A DNA stretch of 64,000 bases. Source: Neoechinorhynchus agilis. Its lineage: Eukaryota > Animalia > Acanthocephala. The first letter of the stretch is position 1. Every line of letters starts with the position of its first letter. The notes below the pieces were generated by a model. The model searched no databases, was not told where the DNA came from, and saw only the letters and a list, made by a program, of their open reading frames with translations. This document shows, piece by piece, positions 36,358 to 49,158 of the stretch. Both the position numbers and the translations under genes were made by a program. Where the stretch lies: assembly GCA_051530055.1 (NCBI GenBank), contig JBMGUZ010000009.1, forward strand, positions 5,307 to 69,306, given 5' to 3'.

Positions 36358-39307
36358 TATTGAGAGCGTAAAAACAGTAAATTGTAAAGTTGAAGATAAG
36401 AAGAATTGTTGAAAAATTATTTCTGACGATCACATCTTGCTGTCGACAAACGATGAACTACTTTCCTGCATCGAAAATGATTTGAAAAGAACAGTCTCGG
36501 AAGCTAAGGGGAAATCGAAAATTCTTCATTGACTGAACAAGTACCGAAAAAACGATGTATTATATTTCATTTATTAAATATCGCTAACGAAATAAAATTT
36601 GAAGGAATATCTCAACGCTCCAATCGGAATGCGCTAACAGTTTTTCCGAGACCGATTTTTCACTATGTAACAAAAACGACTAAGAAAAGGAGTTTTAGCA
36701 GATTGAATACAGAAGTATTGATATATTTCCAAGTCAACTTTTAGGAGTTCTAGACTTTAGATAATCATCTCTGATATTCGATTAATGAATGAACATTCAA
36801 ACGGCTGCAAAAGTTATCGCCAAAGCATTTCTTCATCGTACACGAAAATTATGAACTGAAACTAAAACTCTTCCATACGAAAACATATTCCTAGAAAGCA
36901 GCATTAATAACGAAAGTTTAGCAGCAGACACTTTACAGAATAACACTTTCAAAAAAATATAATTTGCATATTACAAACGATTGGAGTTATTCATTGGATG
37001 ACAAATGTAACGGAACGTGCCGTGTTCAATTCAACAAAGTCGAAGAGTTACATAGCAAAAGGGCGAAGTTCAGAGAGTTAAATTTTATCTGTAATGAGGG
37101 CCTGGCAGTACGGTTCTGGTTTAGAAGACCATAATCTAAGGAAAAGAGGTGATGGCTGGGAAGAAAGTGTATTTCGAAAGCTTAATCGAAGGCCAGTAAG
37201 AAATTCGAGCTGAACAAGGCCCGGGCAATCTATGGGACGAGACCCATTGATTTTTTGATAAGGGAAGAAATTGCAACCAACACGTCTTCCAAGAACAAAC
37301 TTGAACATAATCTTGTGAGAGTGCATGTGAATGAGAAGGGTGCTCTTGTTAATCTCTCGGTGATAAATCTCTTTTGGATTCTAGACGAGATACGGATGAT
37401 GCAGATAAAGTGGCATTTCTTGCTCGCAACCTTGATAAGTTGAGTGGGGTCCAACATGTGGATTCTCCGCTTCTCGTCGAGCAAACTCTGATTTCAATGT
37501 CCAGCATACAAAATAGAAATCCAAGCCTAAGTCACCTTAACTATTGCCACTGTAGCGAAACACTATTATGGTTGGCCCAAACATATTGGAAATGATGGCT
37601 GTGGGCATTACGTTCAAAAAACTCCAGAAACTCCTGATGCTCCAGAGTGGATACTCAATTAAAGTAGACGTAGAATAGAAAGAAATTTACATCGGGAACT
37701 GTCTTCTGAGCGATGGCCGCTTTGAGACCAGTGCAAATGAAGGATTTCATGATCATCAAAGAAAAGTGTCCATTATGGGAACGATCTCTACACAATCTAT
37801 CTTTTAATGGTTGACGATTTATTAATGATAGCAATGTTGATCGGTCACCGACTTGCCGTCAATTTTCGTAACTCCCTGCAACTCTTTAACATTCCAGAGG
37901 TGAAATCGAGACAAAGAACGATGATCATTCAACTTTGGATGCCACTCACCTAACGGTTGAGGAATCAATACAGTATATAAAGTAGGAGTTAGATTACTAT
38001 CATCACTCTTTGAACAGTACAGTTCAAGTTCCAGAAAACTTGACCACAATTTCAACCCCAATCTAAAGTCTCAGGACATAAAACAATTCTTGAATTTTGT
38101 GACAGCCAAGCATTGTTTTCTGGGTGGCGAGAAACTGTGTTTTTAAGTTGGAGAAACAACATTTCTAACAATTTCAAGAAAAATTACTCACATTGAGGCG
38201 CAGAGACGTCTGCCCCCGATACGAACGTAGTAGAAATCCACCATTCGCGCCAAAATCGCTCGATTGATCAGAGAACAAAAAGAACGACGCAAGGAACACG
38301 AGGGCGGCAACCACAGAAAGCGGACGACGATTTGGAACATACGAAAAAACGGAAGAATTCGATGTTGGTGAAAAGATTTGGCGTGCGTTTAAAATTTTTT
38401 GTCGCCATTTAATCGATAAAATTTATTTGTGAAAAGTTGCCATGTAGTCTCTGTGCTCGAAGTCTTTTCAAATTAAGAGCACTTTTATTCGTTTTCGTAA
38501 GTGTTACGTAAAAGAAGGTCAAATTTTCCACAGAAACGCATCTACCAGCAGGCGAATTCTGACTAAAACTGGACATCATGAAACACCGGAAACACGTCCA
38601 AGAGTTTTAAATCTTGAAGAATTTCAAGCAGCGCACAACTTCATTGGTCCATTTGTTATGTATTTTCCAAAAAACCTAATGGCTTCCTCTCCATTGCTGC
38701 TCACGGTAGCGTCCGAATGCCGAATCGCCCAGATGACACAGGCAAAGAAGCTTGTCGCCACGCCTAATCTGAGAGCTGGACATTTAAAATACGCTCGAGA
38801 CAAGCCCTCACCTTGCCGTCGAGCTTAGCCAATCCTTTTTTGTGTTTGAAGAATAATTTGGGATAAAGAGTGCGTTCTTTATCAATTGAAGTATAAAATT
38901 TTCTTAAAATCGTTTTATCTCGTTCTTACAATTTTTGTTATTATTATCCTCGCTGGACATTTGCGGAAAACATCCTTTGTTTTATTTGGGATTAAACTTT
39001 TAACCAAAACACCTGAATTCATTATTTTGTACATTGTTCGTTGAGCTTTTTGGACGGTAACAGCTTCTTTTCATTTAAGAGAAATCTTTTGCTACGGCTT
39101 CTGAGACACTGCATATATTTGAATTTAAAATCAATAATCTAACGATGCAATTTTTATGCAGTTGATTCTTGCATTTAAGCAGGTACGAACAGAATACTAA
39201 TGTAGACCGCTTAAGCCGCAAATTTCAAAATTCTTTTCAAGCGATTCCTTACTTTTGGAAAACTCCGCAGTGCCCGTACATTTTCCCCATAAGATCAAAA
39301 ATATTTT

Positions 39308-39977
39308 TTAACGTCTAGGCTCCTGTGACGGATTTGGCCTTTCAACACATCCGAACATGTATCTGCTTTTACAATTCGGATCCTCCACAGACATGTACCG
39401 CTTCGTCATTTCCAGGAATAAATTTAAGTCAAGTTCTACACGTTTCGCTTCCGTCAATTTGTCATAGCAGAACCAAGTAAGCTCAAGTGGCGCATCACCC
39501 ATAAAAGTCATCTCATAGAAATCGATGTTTCCGTTGCTATTAAAGTCGAGGACGTTTTGGAAATAGTAGACAAGGAGATCATGGAACCAATGGGGCATTT
39601 CTCCGGTTCTTCTAACTTCGTTTCGGACCGTCTTGTAAGACGGAACTTTTTTAGTGAGAATGATACTGTTTTTGATTAGTACTTACCCTGCAAAAATTTA
39701 ACCAGTCTTCGCGAGATATTCTTTGACTGCCGTGAGTAATCTGTTGAGTAAGTGTATCGAACAATCGTCCGTAAGCTTGATATTGAGCTTGTTGGATTCG
39801 GGGCATGTGCTGCTCGAGTTCTTGAGTATTTGGTTGTTGGCTAAAGAACTGTTGTACGGCTTGACAGGCCCGACCGGCTCGATCTTCAAAATCCTTTCTT
39901 TCAAGAACACCATTGCCGTCAGTATCGAAAAAACGAAATAACCAATTGTATTTTTCCTCCAAGAAAGGTTCTCCCAT
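39308..39977 (-). CDS. EF-hand calcium-binding protein, sarcoplasmic Ca-binding protein/calexcitin-like, 2 exons, 204 aa
   Basis: Exons 39977-39687 and 39631-39308 (55-nt GT-AG intron, phase 0); EF loops FDTDGNGVLERKDF, ISREDW, LDFNSNGNIDFYEM; C-terminal DP....YMFG. Confidence 0.85.
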
Positions 39978-40510
39978 ATTATGTTTTGTTCGGTAGGCTA
40001 AACGATGAAGGTGATACTATGTGCGTTCTGATTTCAAACATTCAGTTTCATAAAAACACGCACTATTAAAGTTCTCACACTAACGCCCTTATATCGTGAA
40101 TCATTGCTAAACTGAAAGCGGAGTGCATGTAGAGGAGACTAAAGACGGAACGAGACGCTTGCAAGTGAAGTTTACTCATAGGAATTGTCATGAATGAACT
40201 CAGCTTCAGCATGAAAAATTCCTGTATCAAATCCAAACATTCTAGGTACAATTGTTTTAACTAGTCGATAGAAAAATAAAAGAGGAGTGATTTTTGAGGA
40301 TCCTTAAGTGACAAGGAGTGCATCTTTGACGGAATTGATTAGCGCGGAGATGAAGCTAATGCGCTCTTCACCATTTTATGCAAATCTACGCCAACATATC
40401 TCTGATAGGGTAATAGCACTTCGCAACAATTGCAGAAAAAAGAGGACGTTCGTGTTAAATTGATTTGCAAATGAAAACTCTGCGTGCTCGCAATAGGGTT
40501 TTGGATTTGG

Positions 40511-40591
40511 CAATGCTGCCAGCGTGATGGCGACGGTCGAGGAAGGACAAAAGCTGGAATTTGGTGGGAGGTGGTGAATGTAAAGAAAAGT
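40511..40591 (+). mobile_element. ~80-bp 5'-truncated CRE copy
   Basis: Matches 9779-9859 with one mismatch. Confidence 0.85.
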
Positions 40592-41165
40592 AACCCAATT
40601 AGTAAATGGCGTAAAAAATAAACACGAGGAATTTTAAAAAAAAACAGAGGGTGCTTGGGGTTAGACACCAATGGTAGAATTTAATCAACAAATTTCAAAA
40701 CTTAATTTGATCTTTATTGTAGTTTTGAAACCGAAGCGTCGCGTTTTCGAGAAAAAAACCAACATTCATATCATTTGAGCAAAAAAATTTAAAACTGAGT
40801 AGATGTATGCTGTGGATTTAATTGAAATCAAAAAATGTATTTCATCACATATAATTATTAGTATATTTTCTATAATTTCAACATTTAAAGTTGTGCTTGA
40901 CATTCGCTATCCTCTGTGTTGTACTTATCTAATTCTTTTAACAAGTCAAATCGGCGAATTTAAAGTATAGTGTATTAATGATTGTAAACTTAAGGGGATA
41001 ATAACGCATTTCGAGTTTTGTTAGATTAAATCGATTAGGGCTAGTTAGATAATTGAAATAAACAAGAATTTCTAAATTTTTAAGATAAACAAAAGTAAAA
41101 ATTAAGTAAAGTGTGGAAATCATTTTGAGAAACATGAATTATGACGATAAAATAAAACGGTTTGA

Positions 41166-41347
41166 AATTATTGCTTAGAAGTCTACATCCCCGGTAAATG
41201 ATTATTTATTAAAGACGTTTCGAACCCCGTTGGGTTCATCATCCACTCATCCATTTGTATTTTAGAACTGATGATGAACTCGACGAGGTTCGAAACGTCT
41301 TTAATAAATAATCATTTATCGGGGATGTAGACTTCTAAGCAATAATT
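41166..41347. repeat. 182-bp palindrome (77-bp arms, 28-nt spacer) with a hammerhead-ribozyme core
   Basis: Arms 41166-41242 and 41271-41347 have 4 mismatches; CTGATGA-t-GAAC..GTTC-GAAA-CGT-C at 41268-41299. Confidence 0.85.
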
Positions 41348-41714
41348 AAAAAATCACATTCGCCGGTACCTCACATATCGAAAAAACGGTTTGAAATTTT
41401 TACGTACTGAATAGAAAAAAGTAGATATTATTCAGATTGTCAAAATTTAGTACATGCATCACCGATAATGAAAACTTTTAAAAAAGATATTTTAATCATG
41501 TAAAAAACATGAAAGTTGTATTTCAATAGATTCGCTTTGATTTTTAAAATACAGTTCTACCTATGAAAAATCATCGCCAATCATACTCTCTCGTTAGAGA
41601 AAAATGCAAAAATTTATGCAATAAGCAGCAATTTTCTTTTTTTGCGATTGATGAATCTACCATATGTAGTTAATGTGATAATTTTCGATTATAGTTTTTC
41701 ATCCAATCAGCATT

Positions 41715-43031
41715 CTATTTGCTTTGTTGAGTAGACCCTGTGTGGGCGTTCTTATACAAGGTTACGTCCGTAATAGTTGAAACTCCACGTTTCCGAACTC
41801 CGCGGATTTCCACACATGAATGACTGCGTAAAAATGTGATTGATTGAACAGTTTAACTTTAAGAACTCACATAGCTTCAATATGAACTGTAACTTGTTTC
41901 GGAGCAACACATAACATTATAGCTTCGGCAATTTCTGAGGTTAGACGTTCCTGGACTTAAATGTAAAATGTTTTTATTTTAACCGAAAAACCAAAAACGT
42001 ACCTTGAAGTCTTCTGCTATACATATCTATTACCCTGGTTACGAAGATCGAAATGATTAATAGTTTTTGCATCAAGTGTAGCTTATCCGTTCACTCCATT
42101 ATAAGTAGAGTTTTAATTAAACATTGTAGTTTTTAATGTATTTGAAATGATTTGCCCAGAAAATCAGTCGTGTGGGGTATAATCACTTTAAATACACTCA
42201 AAATGTAACCGGCTAGCCAGGCATACAATAAATATTTTTGGTTTTTCATAGAAATAGTTCATTTAAATTTCCCGACGATTTTTAAAATAAGAATACCGAC
42301 GTTTCTTCAATAAAATTTTTTCTTAAAGTATTTGGTTATCGACATTCAATGTGAAGCTCTTGTTAATATATACTTGTAAGATTTTTGTTAAATTTAATTA
42401 CAGAATAAATAGTTACTTAACCATAATGCACTCCAAGCTGCATTAATGCGCAAAGTTTTAAAATTTTTAGAGCTGTAATTTTTTTCTATCAATTTTTAAT
42501 CTATGTGCAAATCGGTTGAATGAATCAATTATGGACTGACTGGATTCGCGGCCCATTAGATTAAAATCTACGTCTTACCTTGCAAACTTACTAAGACCAA
42601 GGATCCTTCCGTCCGGTTTATACGTAATGCATACCTAAAAGATTTTTTTAAAATCAGTTCATTAAAATAATCTTACACTGCCCCAAAATGGTAGTAAATG
42701 GTGCTCACAAATCGAACTGAACGTTACATCTCTCACGGTTACAGTTCCGTCACCTTCGTAATCAAAAACTCCTACGTTTACAATCTCTGAGCATCAATGG
42801 AGTAGTTAAACTTATTTGTGAGCAGTTATTCTACCTTTCAGAGATTCCCGATAACCAGCAGTGAGTTCCCTAATCGCATTGGCCGCTCTGATATGCGTAT
42901 TCTTAACTGCTTCCCGATTTTTAACGTCCTCAGGAAGTTCAAGTTCGTTCAGAATGTTTTGAAAATGCTGACTGAGCGTATCCTAAGACCATCGCTGGAA
43001 TGTACTAAGATTTGAAAACCAAACCTACCAT
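41715..43031 (-). CDS. GCH1: GTP cyclohydrolase I, 7 exons, 180 aa
   Basis: Exons 43031-43029, 42982-42835, 42786-42677, 42634-42579, 42034-42003, 41955-41871, 41823-41715, all GT-AG and in phase; motifs RAANAI..LT.GY, FSSICEHHLLPF.G, Y.P.GRILGLSKFAR..DMYSRRLQVQERLT, IEAIHSCVEIRGV. Confidence 0.93.
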
Positions 43032-43914
43032 TTTATTCTGACTAGGCACGAGTGGAAAAGTCTATTTATGCCGCTTCGTACCCATGATATTTGTAAAGAC
43101 GACTAGCACCACACTCATTTAATATGCAACGTTTTAAGAGACTTGTGCAGCCGATTGTGCGGATCGATTTGCTGTATTGACGAAGGAGGCGAAGTTGAAA
43201 AGACGCAATTGCATAATCGATATTTTTTAGACGAGCATTATAATTCATGCTTTGTGTAGACGACGTATTCTGAGAAATATTCAAATTTATCAAAGACCAG
43301 AATGTGCAAATTGCAAAACCGTTTTACATTTTCAAACCGAACGTGACTTCATCTCGTTCTTAGCTTCTACTCTTCAAAGTTGTGGTGTACTTATGTTTGT
43401 TTCACTCAACAATTTTTATGCAGCCTACTATGTTCATCTTTCACTAGACGAAATTTTTGATGTCAGTTTCACTCTTTTTGGTCTTTAAGATGTGCAACAA
43501 ATTATTGATAACCGTCGTCATGGCAACAAAATCTCAGAAGTGTCGGAAAGGACACAAAATTAGATTCTTTAAAGAGTAGACAGCAAAGTGACCTCGATTT
43601 CCACCGCCCATCATGAAAGCATTAAAGCTGACAGCAGTTTGAGCTCCGACGAAAACTGTTCTAGTCGCGTTCTCGGACTTGAGAAGCATTCTCAACGTTG
43701 GGAGTTCTTCATTCAATCGTGAGAACGATGAGTCATTTATCATCTTGAAAGCTACGGATGGTACAAGCTCATAATGTTGGCCACAAGTAGAATTCCTGGA
43801 ACAGATAGCTTAGAGATGATGGTCGAAGCGAGCCTATTAATACGATCTGATCGCAATCTTTTTAGCGGAAATTTTAGTTTTGTTTGTGCTTGAGTAGAGA
43901 CGTATCGAGCGACT

Positions 43915-44060
43915 GAAGAAATTGAGAGAAACGACCGGCGGCGCACGAGCAGGTGTATTCCTGCGACAAAATATCTCGCTCGCAGTACAACGAGGTAATG
44001 CTGCCAGCGTGATAGCGACAGCCGAGGAAGGAGAGAAGCTCCAATTTTGCGGACGGTGCT
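43915..44060 (+). mobile_element. CRE-like 3' fragment
   Basis: KKLRETTGGARAGVFLRQNISLAVQRGNAASVIAT. Confidence 0.8.
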
Positions 44061-44219
44061 GATTTCATCGGACGTTCTCCATAACCATTGTTCATTTCTC
44101 GATTTCTTATAGCGCAAGTGTATCACTCATTGAGATTTCTTCGTAAAAGCAAGTATGAAAAATAAATAGTTTCTTTATCGGAAACAGCAAGAATATGAAT
44201 AAATCTCCTTTATGAAAAG

Positions 44220-45873
44220 TCATAACTGCCTTTCATAAATCCCAAAGCGACAATTAAGCTTACATTCCTTCTTCGTTATAAAATTGTTGCTGTTCCCTTG
44301 ACACCCCCCATAAAAAAATCGCCGGCATCGTTTTCCATCAAAATAAAATCGTACAATTGAACCTCGGCATGGACCTCGATCCTTGGGTTGCTCGCATGCC
44401 ATTGGACTGATCGCTGTTGGGTTAAAGATGCAAAATATGCTTGCCAAAGATTGAACAACACTAACCAGGACGTAAACCTCCAGTGTTTTCACCCGGATAA
44501 CCACCGATTCCAACACAGATCCTTTCACACGTTTTCCTTGTTTCAAAATTGTTTTTGTTCCCTTGACATCCTCCATAAATAAATCGCCGGCATCGGTTTC
44601 CATCAAAATAAAACCTTAAAATTGTGCTTCGGCATGGGCCTGCATCTTTAGGTTGCTGGCATCGCATTGGATCAGGTGCTATGCTCTCGATAAACTATAC
44701 CGAAATAAAACAATGTCAACTTACGCGGAACAAAATCAGAGCCACTTCCACCCACTTGGCCGTGCCGATGCTTACATTCCAGCTCACACTCCTTTTTGGA
44801 TTCGAAATTGTTTCCATTTCCTTGACATCCACCGTATATAAATCTTTTGCAACTCTGGGTTGTATAGTCATAGCAGTACCTTTGGATCGCTGCCTTACAG
44901 GGACCTGGATCAACCGGGAGTCGGCATTTAAATCCACCACCATCTTTAATTGCATAAATTAAAGTTTAATAAGAAATCGAACTTACCATGGTGTGAACCG
45001 TCGTCGCTTCCGTCCACTTGGCCGTGCCGATGCTTACATTCCAGCTCACACTCCTTTTTGGATTCGAAATTGTTTCCATTTCCTTGACATCCACCGTATA
45101 TAAATCTTTTGCAACTCTGGGTTGTATAGTCATAGCGGTACCTTTGGATCGCTGCCTTACAGGGACCTGGATCAACCGGGAGTCGGCATTTAAATCCACC
45201 ACCATCTTTAATTGCATAAATTAAAGTTTAATAAGAAATCGAACTTACCATGGTGTGAACCGTCGTCGCTTCCGTCCACTTGGCCGTGCCGATGCTTACA
45301 TTCCTGCTCGCACTGCTTTTCGGATTCGAAATTGTTTCCATTTCCTTGACATCCACCGTATATAAATCTTTTGCAACTCTGGGTTGTATAGTCATAGCGG
45401 TACCTTTGGATCGCTGCCTTACAGGGACCTGGATCAACCGGGAGTCGGCATTTAAATCCACCACCATCTTTAATTGCATAAATTAAAGTTTAATAAGAAA
45501 TCGAACTTACCATGGTGTGAACCGTCGTCGCTTCCGTCCACTTGGCCGTGCCGATGCTTACATTCCTGCTCGCACTGCTTTTCGGATTCGAAATTGTTTC
45601 CATTTCCTTGACATCCACCGTATATAAATCTTTTGCAACTCTGGGTTATATAATCATAGCGGTACCTTTGGACCGCTGCCTTACAGGGACCTGGATCAGC
45701 CGGGAGCAGGCATTTAAATCCACCAGAGTCTATAAAGTGTTGCTAGAGAAGGTTTTAAATTAAATTCGCTAACCTCGTTCATCAAAAACGCTCAGAGTCG
45801 AGTTTTTTCTAGGAACTCTACCCGTGAGGCATGCATCGATTAAGGAAACAGCCAGAAAGAGTAGAAAAGTCAT
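44220..45873 (-). CDS. Secreted multi-Kunitz (BPTI) serine protease inhibitor, 6 domains, 7 exons, 460 aa
   Basis: Exons 45873-45774 (signal peptide), 45729-45511, 45467-45249, 45205-44987, 44943-44725, 44678-44466, 44413-44220; all introns phase 1, GT-AG, 43-52 nt; each domain C..P.D.GPC..(..)R..Y....C..F.YGGC.GN.NNF....C...C. Confidence 0.93.
44725..45729. repeat. 262-bp tandem repeat x ~4 (Kunitz exon + intron unit)
   Basis: 219-nt exon plus 43-nt intron; three identical-looking introns. Confidence 0.95.
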
Positions 45874-46479
45874 ATCGTTTATTGTCAGTTTTGAACACTG
45901 CTTCTTAGAGGCAACATATTAAATCACTTAGCAGTTCCACATCTGCACTCATGACATTATAATTTATATTTCGAGCGACAGTTGCTCCATGTGGTGCATC
46001 GTGAGCTCTTTATTTATTTTTGACGGACAAATCAAATCCTACCGACATTCACACCACCGTTCTGGATCACTCAGCTGCCGTCCTGGTATAATGGTCGAAA
46101 GGACCGATGCAGCGTTCCCCAGTTGCACAAAGTAATGTTTTGTAGGAAGAATGCTAATAACCTTGGATCGCCAGTTATTCGTCTCAATCTCTTGGACAAT
46201 TTTTGACCAAGTCTTGCGCCGCGGTACTAAACGACCACAGTGTCGCGACGTCAAAGGAAACGAAATAATGATTGCGGCTCAGTTCCCTCAATTTAATTTT
46301 TTGTGGTCCTCAACGACTGTTGCTTCCCTGTTTTAATAGTGGCGAATTTTATATGGCTGTCAGCGAATGGCGTCCCAGAGAAGGCATTTTCCTTCTATAT
46401 TGTAGCACCGTCCGGTCCTGGTGACAGACCCTTCGACAAGCTGGTCAGGAGGTAAAACGAACTCGTCGCATCCAATGAA

Positions 46480-47330
46480 ATCACCATACTCACAACTTAC
46501 AAACGAGGAATATTATGGGCGTACACCGTAGTCGACGCGACAGGACGAGGCACGGTCTTACCGAGAAATGACAGAGGGTACCCGATAAATGGACGATGCC
46601 GGGACGCGAGCAAGCTTGCTCCGGCGAGAAGTCGAATCCATCGTCATGGATCAGAAGACATTTCATGTTATTTCTTTTTATGCTCCACAAACCGGACGCG
46701 ATGAAAAAGGAAAAGAAGATTTTCGGCAAATATTGGGCGAGGTCGAACGAGAAGTCCCGACTGTTTACCAAAATTTAGCCGGAGATCTCAACGGATGAAA
46801 GTGTCCATCGTCATGCATCAGAAGATTGTTCTTGTTGTTTCTTTTTATGCGCCACAAACCGAACGCGATGAAAAAGAAAAAGAAGATTTTTTTCAACTAT
46901 TGGGCGAAGTTGCACGAGAAGTCCCGATTGTTGACTACCTAATTTTAGCCGGAGATCTCAACGGATGAAAGTGTCCATCGTCATGATTAGAAGATTGTTC
47001 TTGTTGTTTCTTTTTATGCTCCACAAACCGGACGCGATGAAAAAGAAAAAGAAGATTTTTTTCAACTATTGGGCGAAGTTGCACGAGAAGTCCCGATTGT
47101 TGACTACCTAATTTTAGCCGGAGATCTCAACGGATGAAAGTGTCCATCGTCATGATTAGAAGATTGTTCTTGTTGTTTCTTTTTATGCGCCACAAACCGG
47201 ACGCGATGAAAAAGAAAAAGAAGATTTTTTTCAACTATTGGGCGAAGTTGCACGAGAAGTCCCGATTGTTGACTACCTAATTATAGCCGGAGATATCAAC
47301 GGACGAAAGTGTCCATCGTCATGCATCAGA
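46480..47330 (+). mobile_element. RTE-like AP endonuclease fragment with 169-170-bp tandem amplification (x4)
   Basis: Each unit encodes KVSIV...SFYAPQT.RDEKEKEDFF..LGEV.....LILAGDLNG; unit ends at about 46794, 46964, 47133, 47302. Confidence 0.85.
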
Positions 47331-47339
47331 ATTTCTTTC

Positions 47340-49158
47340 AGGTCCCTAACTTTCTTTCACGATGATCGGACTTGATGTTATTGATTCTTGTCGGTCACGT
47401 AAAAGAAGCTGCTCCGGCGGCCAGACAGCTCTGATAGTACCCTGCCAACACCGAGTCGGTGTGCAACTCCACTTGGTGATGCGGCAGCAAACGGCAGCAA
47501 TAAAATCCACCAGTGCAACGGGAAAAAGCGCGGGCGTCGTAGCTCTCGCCGACGACTTGAGCGTCGAAATGAGCGAAACTGTCGCCGAAGGCAACGAAAG
47601 CGTCAGTCGAAGCTCATCACCGTGGTGGGTACGGACTGTTCAGGCGGCGCTGACAACCGTTAGCCCTTTGGCCGAGCTATTTCAGATAGAAGACAGCCGG
47701 TACTTGGTTGAGGCGCTGGAGCGGCATGACCTCGTGTCTGCTAACACTTTATTCCGGAAGCGTCCGTGGCGTTTGGCGACGTTTATGGGTCAAAAGAATC
47801 CGTCCAAACATGCCATGGGAAAAAATCCCAAGAGACGCTTAGCTCAGCTTGACCATATATTGTTGAGACGTAGGGGAAAATGTCGGGTCAAAAACGCTGA
47901 CACGTTCACAGTTGATGGGCTGCCAACCGACCACAAGTTGGTGATGTGTCAGTTGAGCAAGAGTGACTCGTTGTTCCGTACGCCTCAACATCCTCCACGT
48001 CCGTTCTATGGTGCCCTCGCTAATGAGGAGAAGAGGAAAGAGTTCGATATCGAACTAGAGAATCAACTGAGCTCGATGCCAGCTGCTGAAACGGATATTG
48101 ATTTTTACTACAAGTCAATCTGCGACGCAGTGACCGAAGCGGCCGAGAAAACCCTCCCAAAAATGAGGCGTATAAAAGCTTCAAAGGTTATATGGCAGGA
48201 GGACTGTGAATTTATTGCAGTGGCTGAGCAGATCAAAACTCTAAGAAAAAGAGGAAAACGATCTGAGGCTCACATTGCAAGTCTTGTACTTGCCAACCTC
48301 TATAATGAAAAGCAAAAGGCTTCGATGGAGGATGCAGTTCGCTGGATCGCATATAAGAAAGGTTTTGTTCGTGCCTCCTTAACATGGAGAGCGATAAACA
48401 CTCTCACGGGAAGATCCCAAAGACAGCCAACTTTGATTGTAGGTCCCTCCCCAGAAATCAGAAAAAAGCGAATCGCAAATTATTTTGCGGAAATTCTCAA
48501 TTCGCCATTATCGTCTTTGGAAGTGAGTCGTGCACTTTCAAAAGGCACAATCGTCCCAAGCACTGAGGCATACTTCACTGGACCGATTTCCGCGAAGGAA
48601 GCGATCGCTGCGGCGAAAATGATGCGTGCAGTACGTGCATCATGCCCAGATGGGATAATGGCAGAGGTACTGAGGTTTGAATCTATTGCCAGAAAAATCA
48701 TACCGATAATGAATGGCATAATGAATGGTGGCTCAGTATCTCAAATCTGGCAAATGGCGCATTTAACAATGATCCCTAAGAAATGGTGCTCGACAAAGGT
48801 GGAGGACTACAGAGGTATATCCTTGATGTCCAACACGGCAAAACTTTTCAGCAGCATTTTGAGACGCCGAGTTCAGCCAATCCTCGAACCGTTTCTAAGA
48901 ATTGAACAGAACGGCTTCAGGAAAGGTCCAGACACCACATAGCACATATTGGCTTTGAAGAGGATCCTCGAGGAGGCACGAATTCATCAAGCGGATGTGA
49001 CGCTGGTATTTGTTGATGTTCGTCGAGCATTCGATTCGGTAAATCGAACGATGATTGGCGGTATCTTAAAGGAGTATGGAGTGCCGCCGATCATTTTCAC
49101 ATCCGTTATGGCATTATATAAAAACACAAGGTCCGCCGTAAAGACAGCTGACGGTTTG
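47340..49158 (+). mobile_element. RTE-like LINE (second family): EN C-terminus, linker and RT N-terminus, truncated
   Basis: ANTLF, LDHILL, TDHKLV, IPKK...YRGISLMS..AKLF..IL..R, EQNGFR, FVDVRRAFDSV. Confidence 0.88.

Noticed and set aside
36780-38800. Coding-like stretches on both strands
   Set aside because: Multiple stops in all frames and no recognisable family; may be a decayed gene or transposon but cannot be supported.
43060-43900. Short ORFs upstream of GCH1
   Set aside because: No motif and no consistent splicing; an in-frame stop lies 10 codons upstream of the GCH1 ATG.
44716-45763. Track ORFs MQLKMVVDL... and MAVPMLTF... as genes
   Set aside because: They are alternative-frame or antisense shadows of the Kunitz exons.
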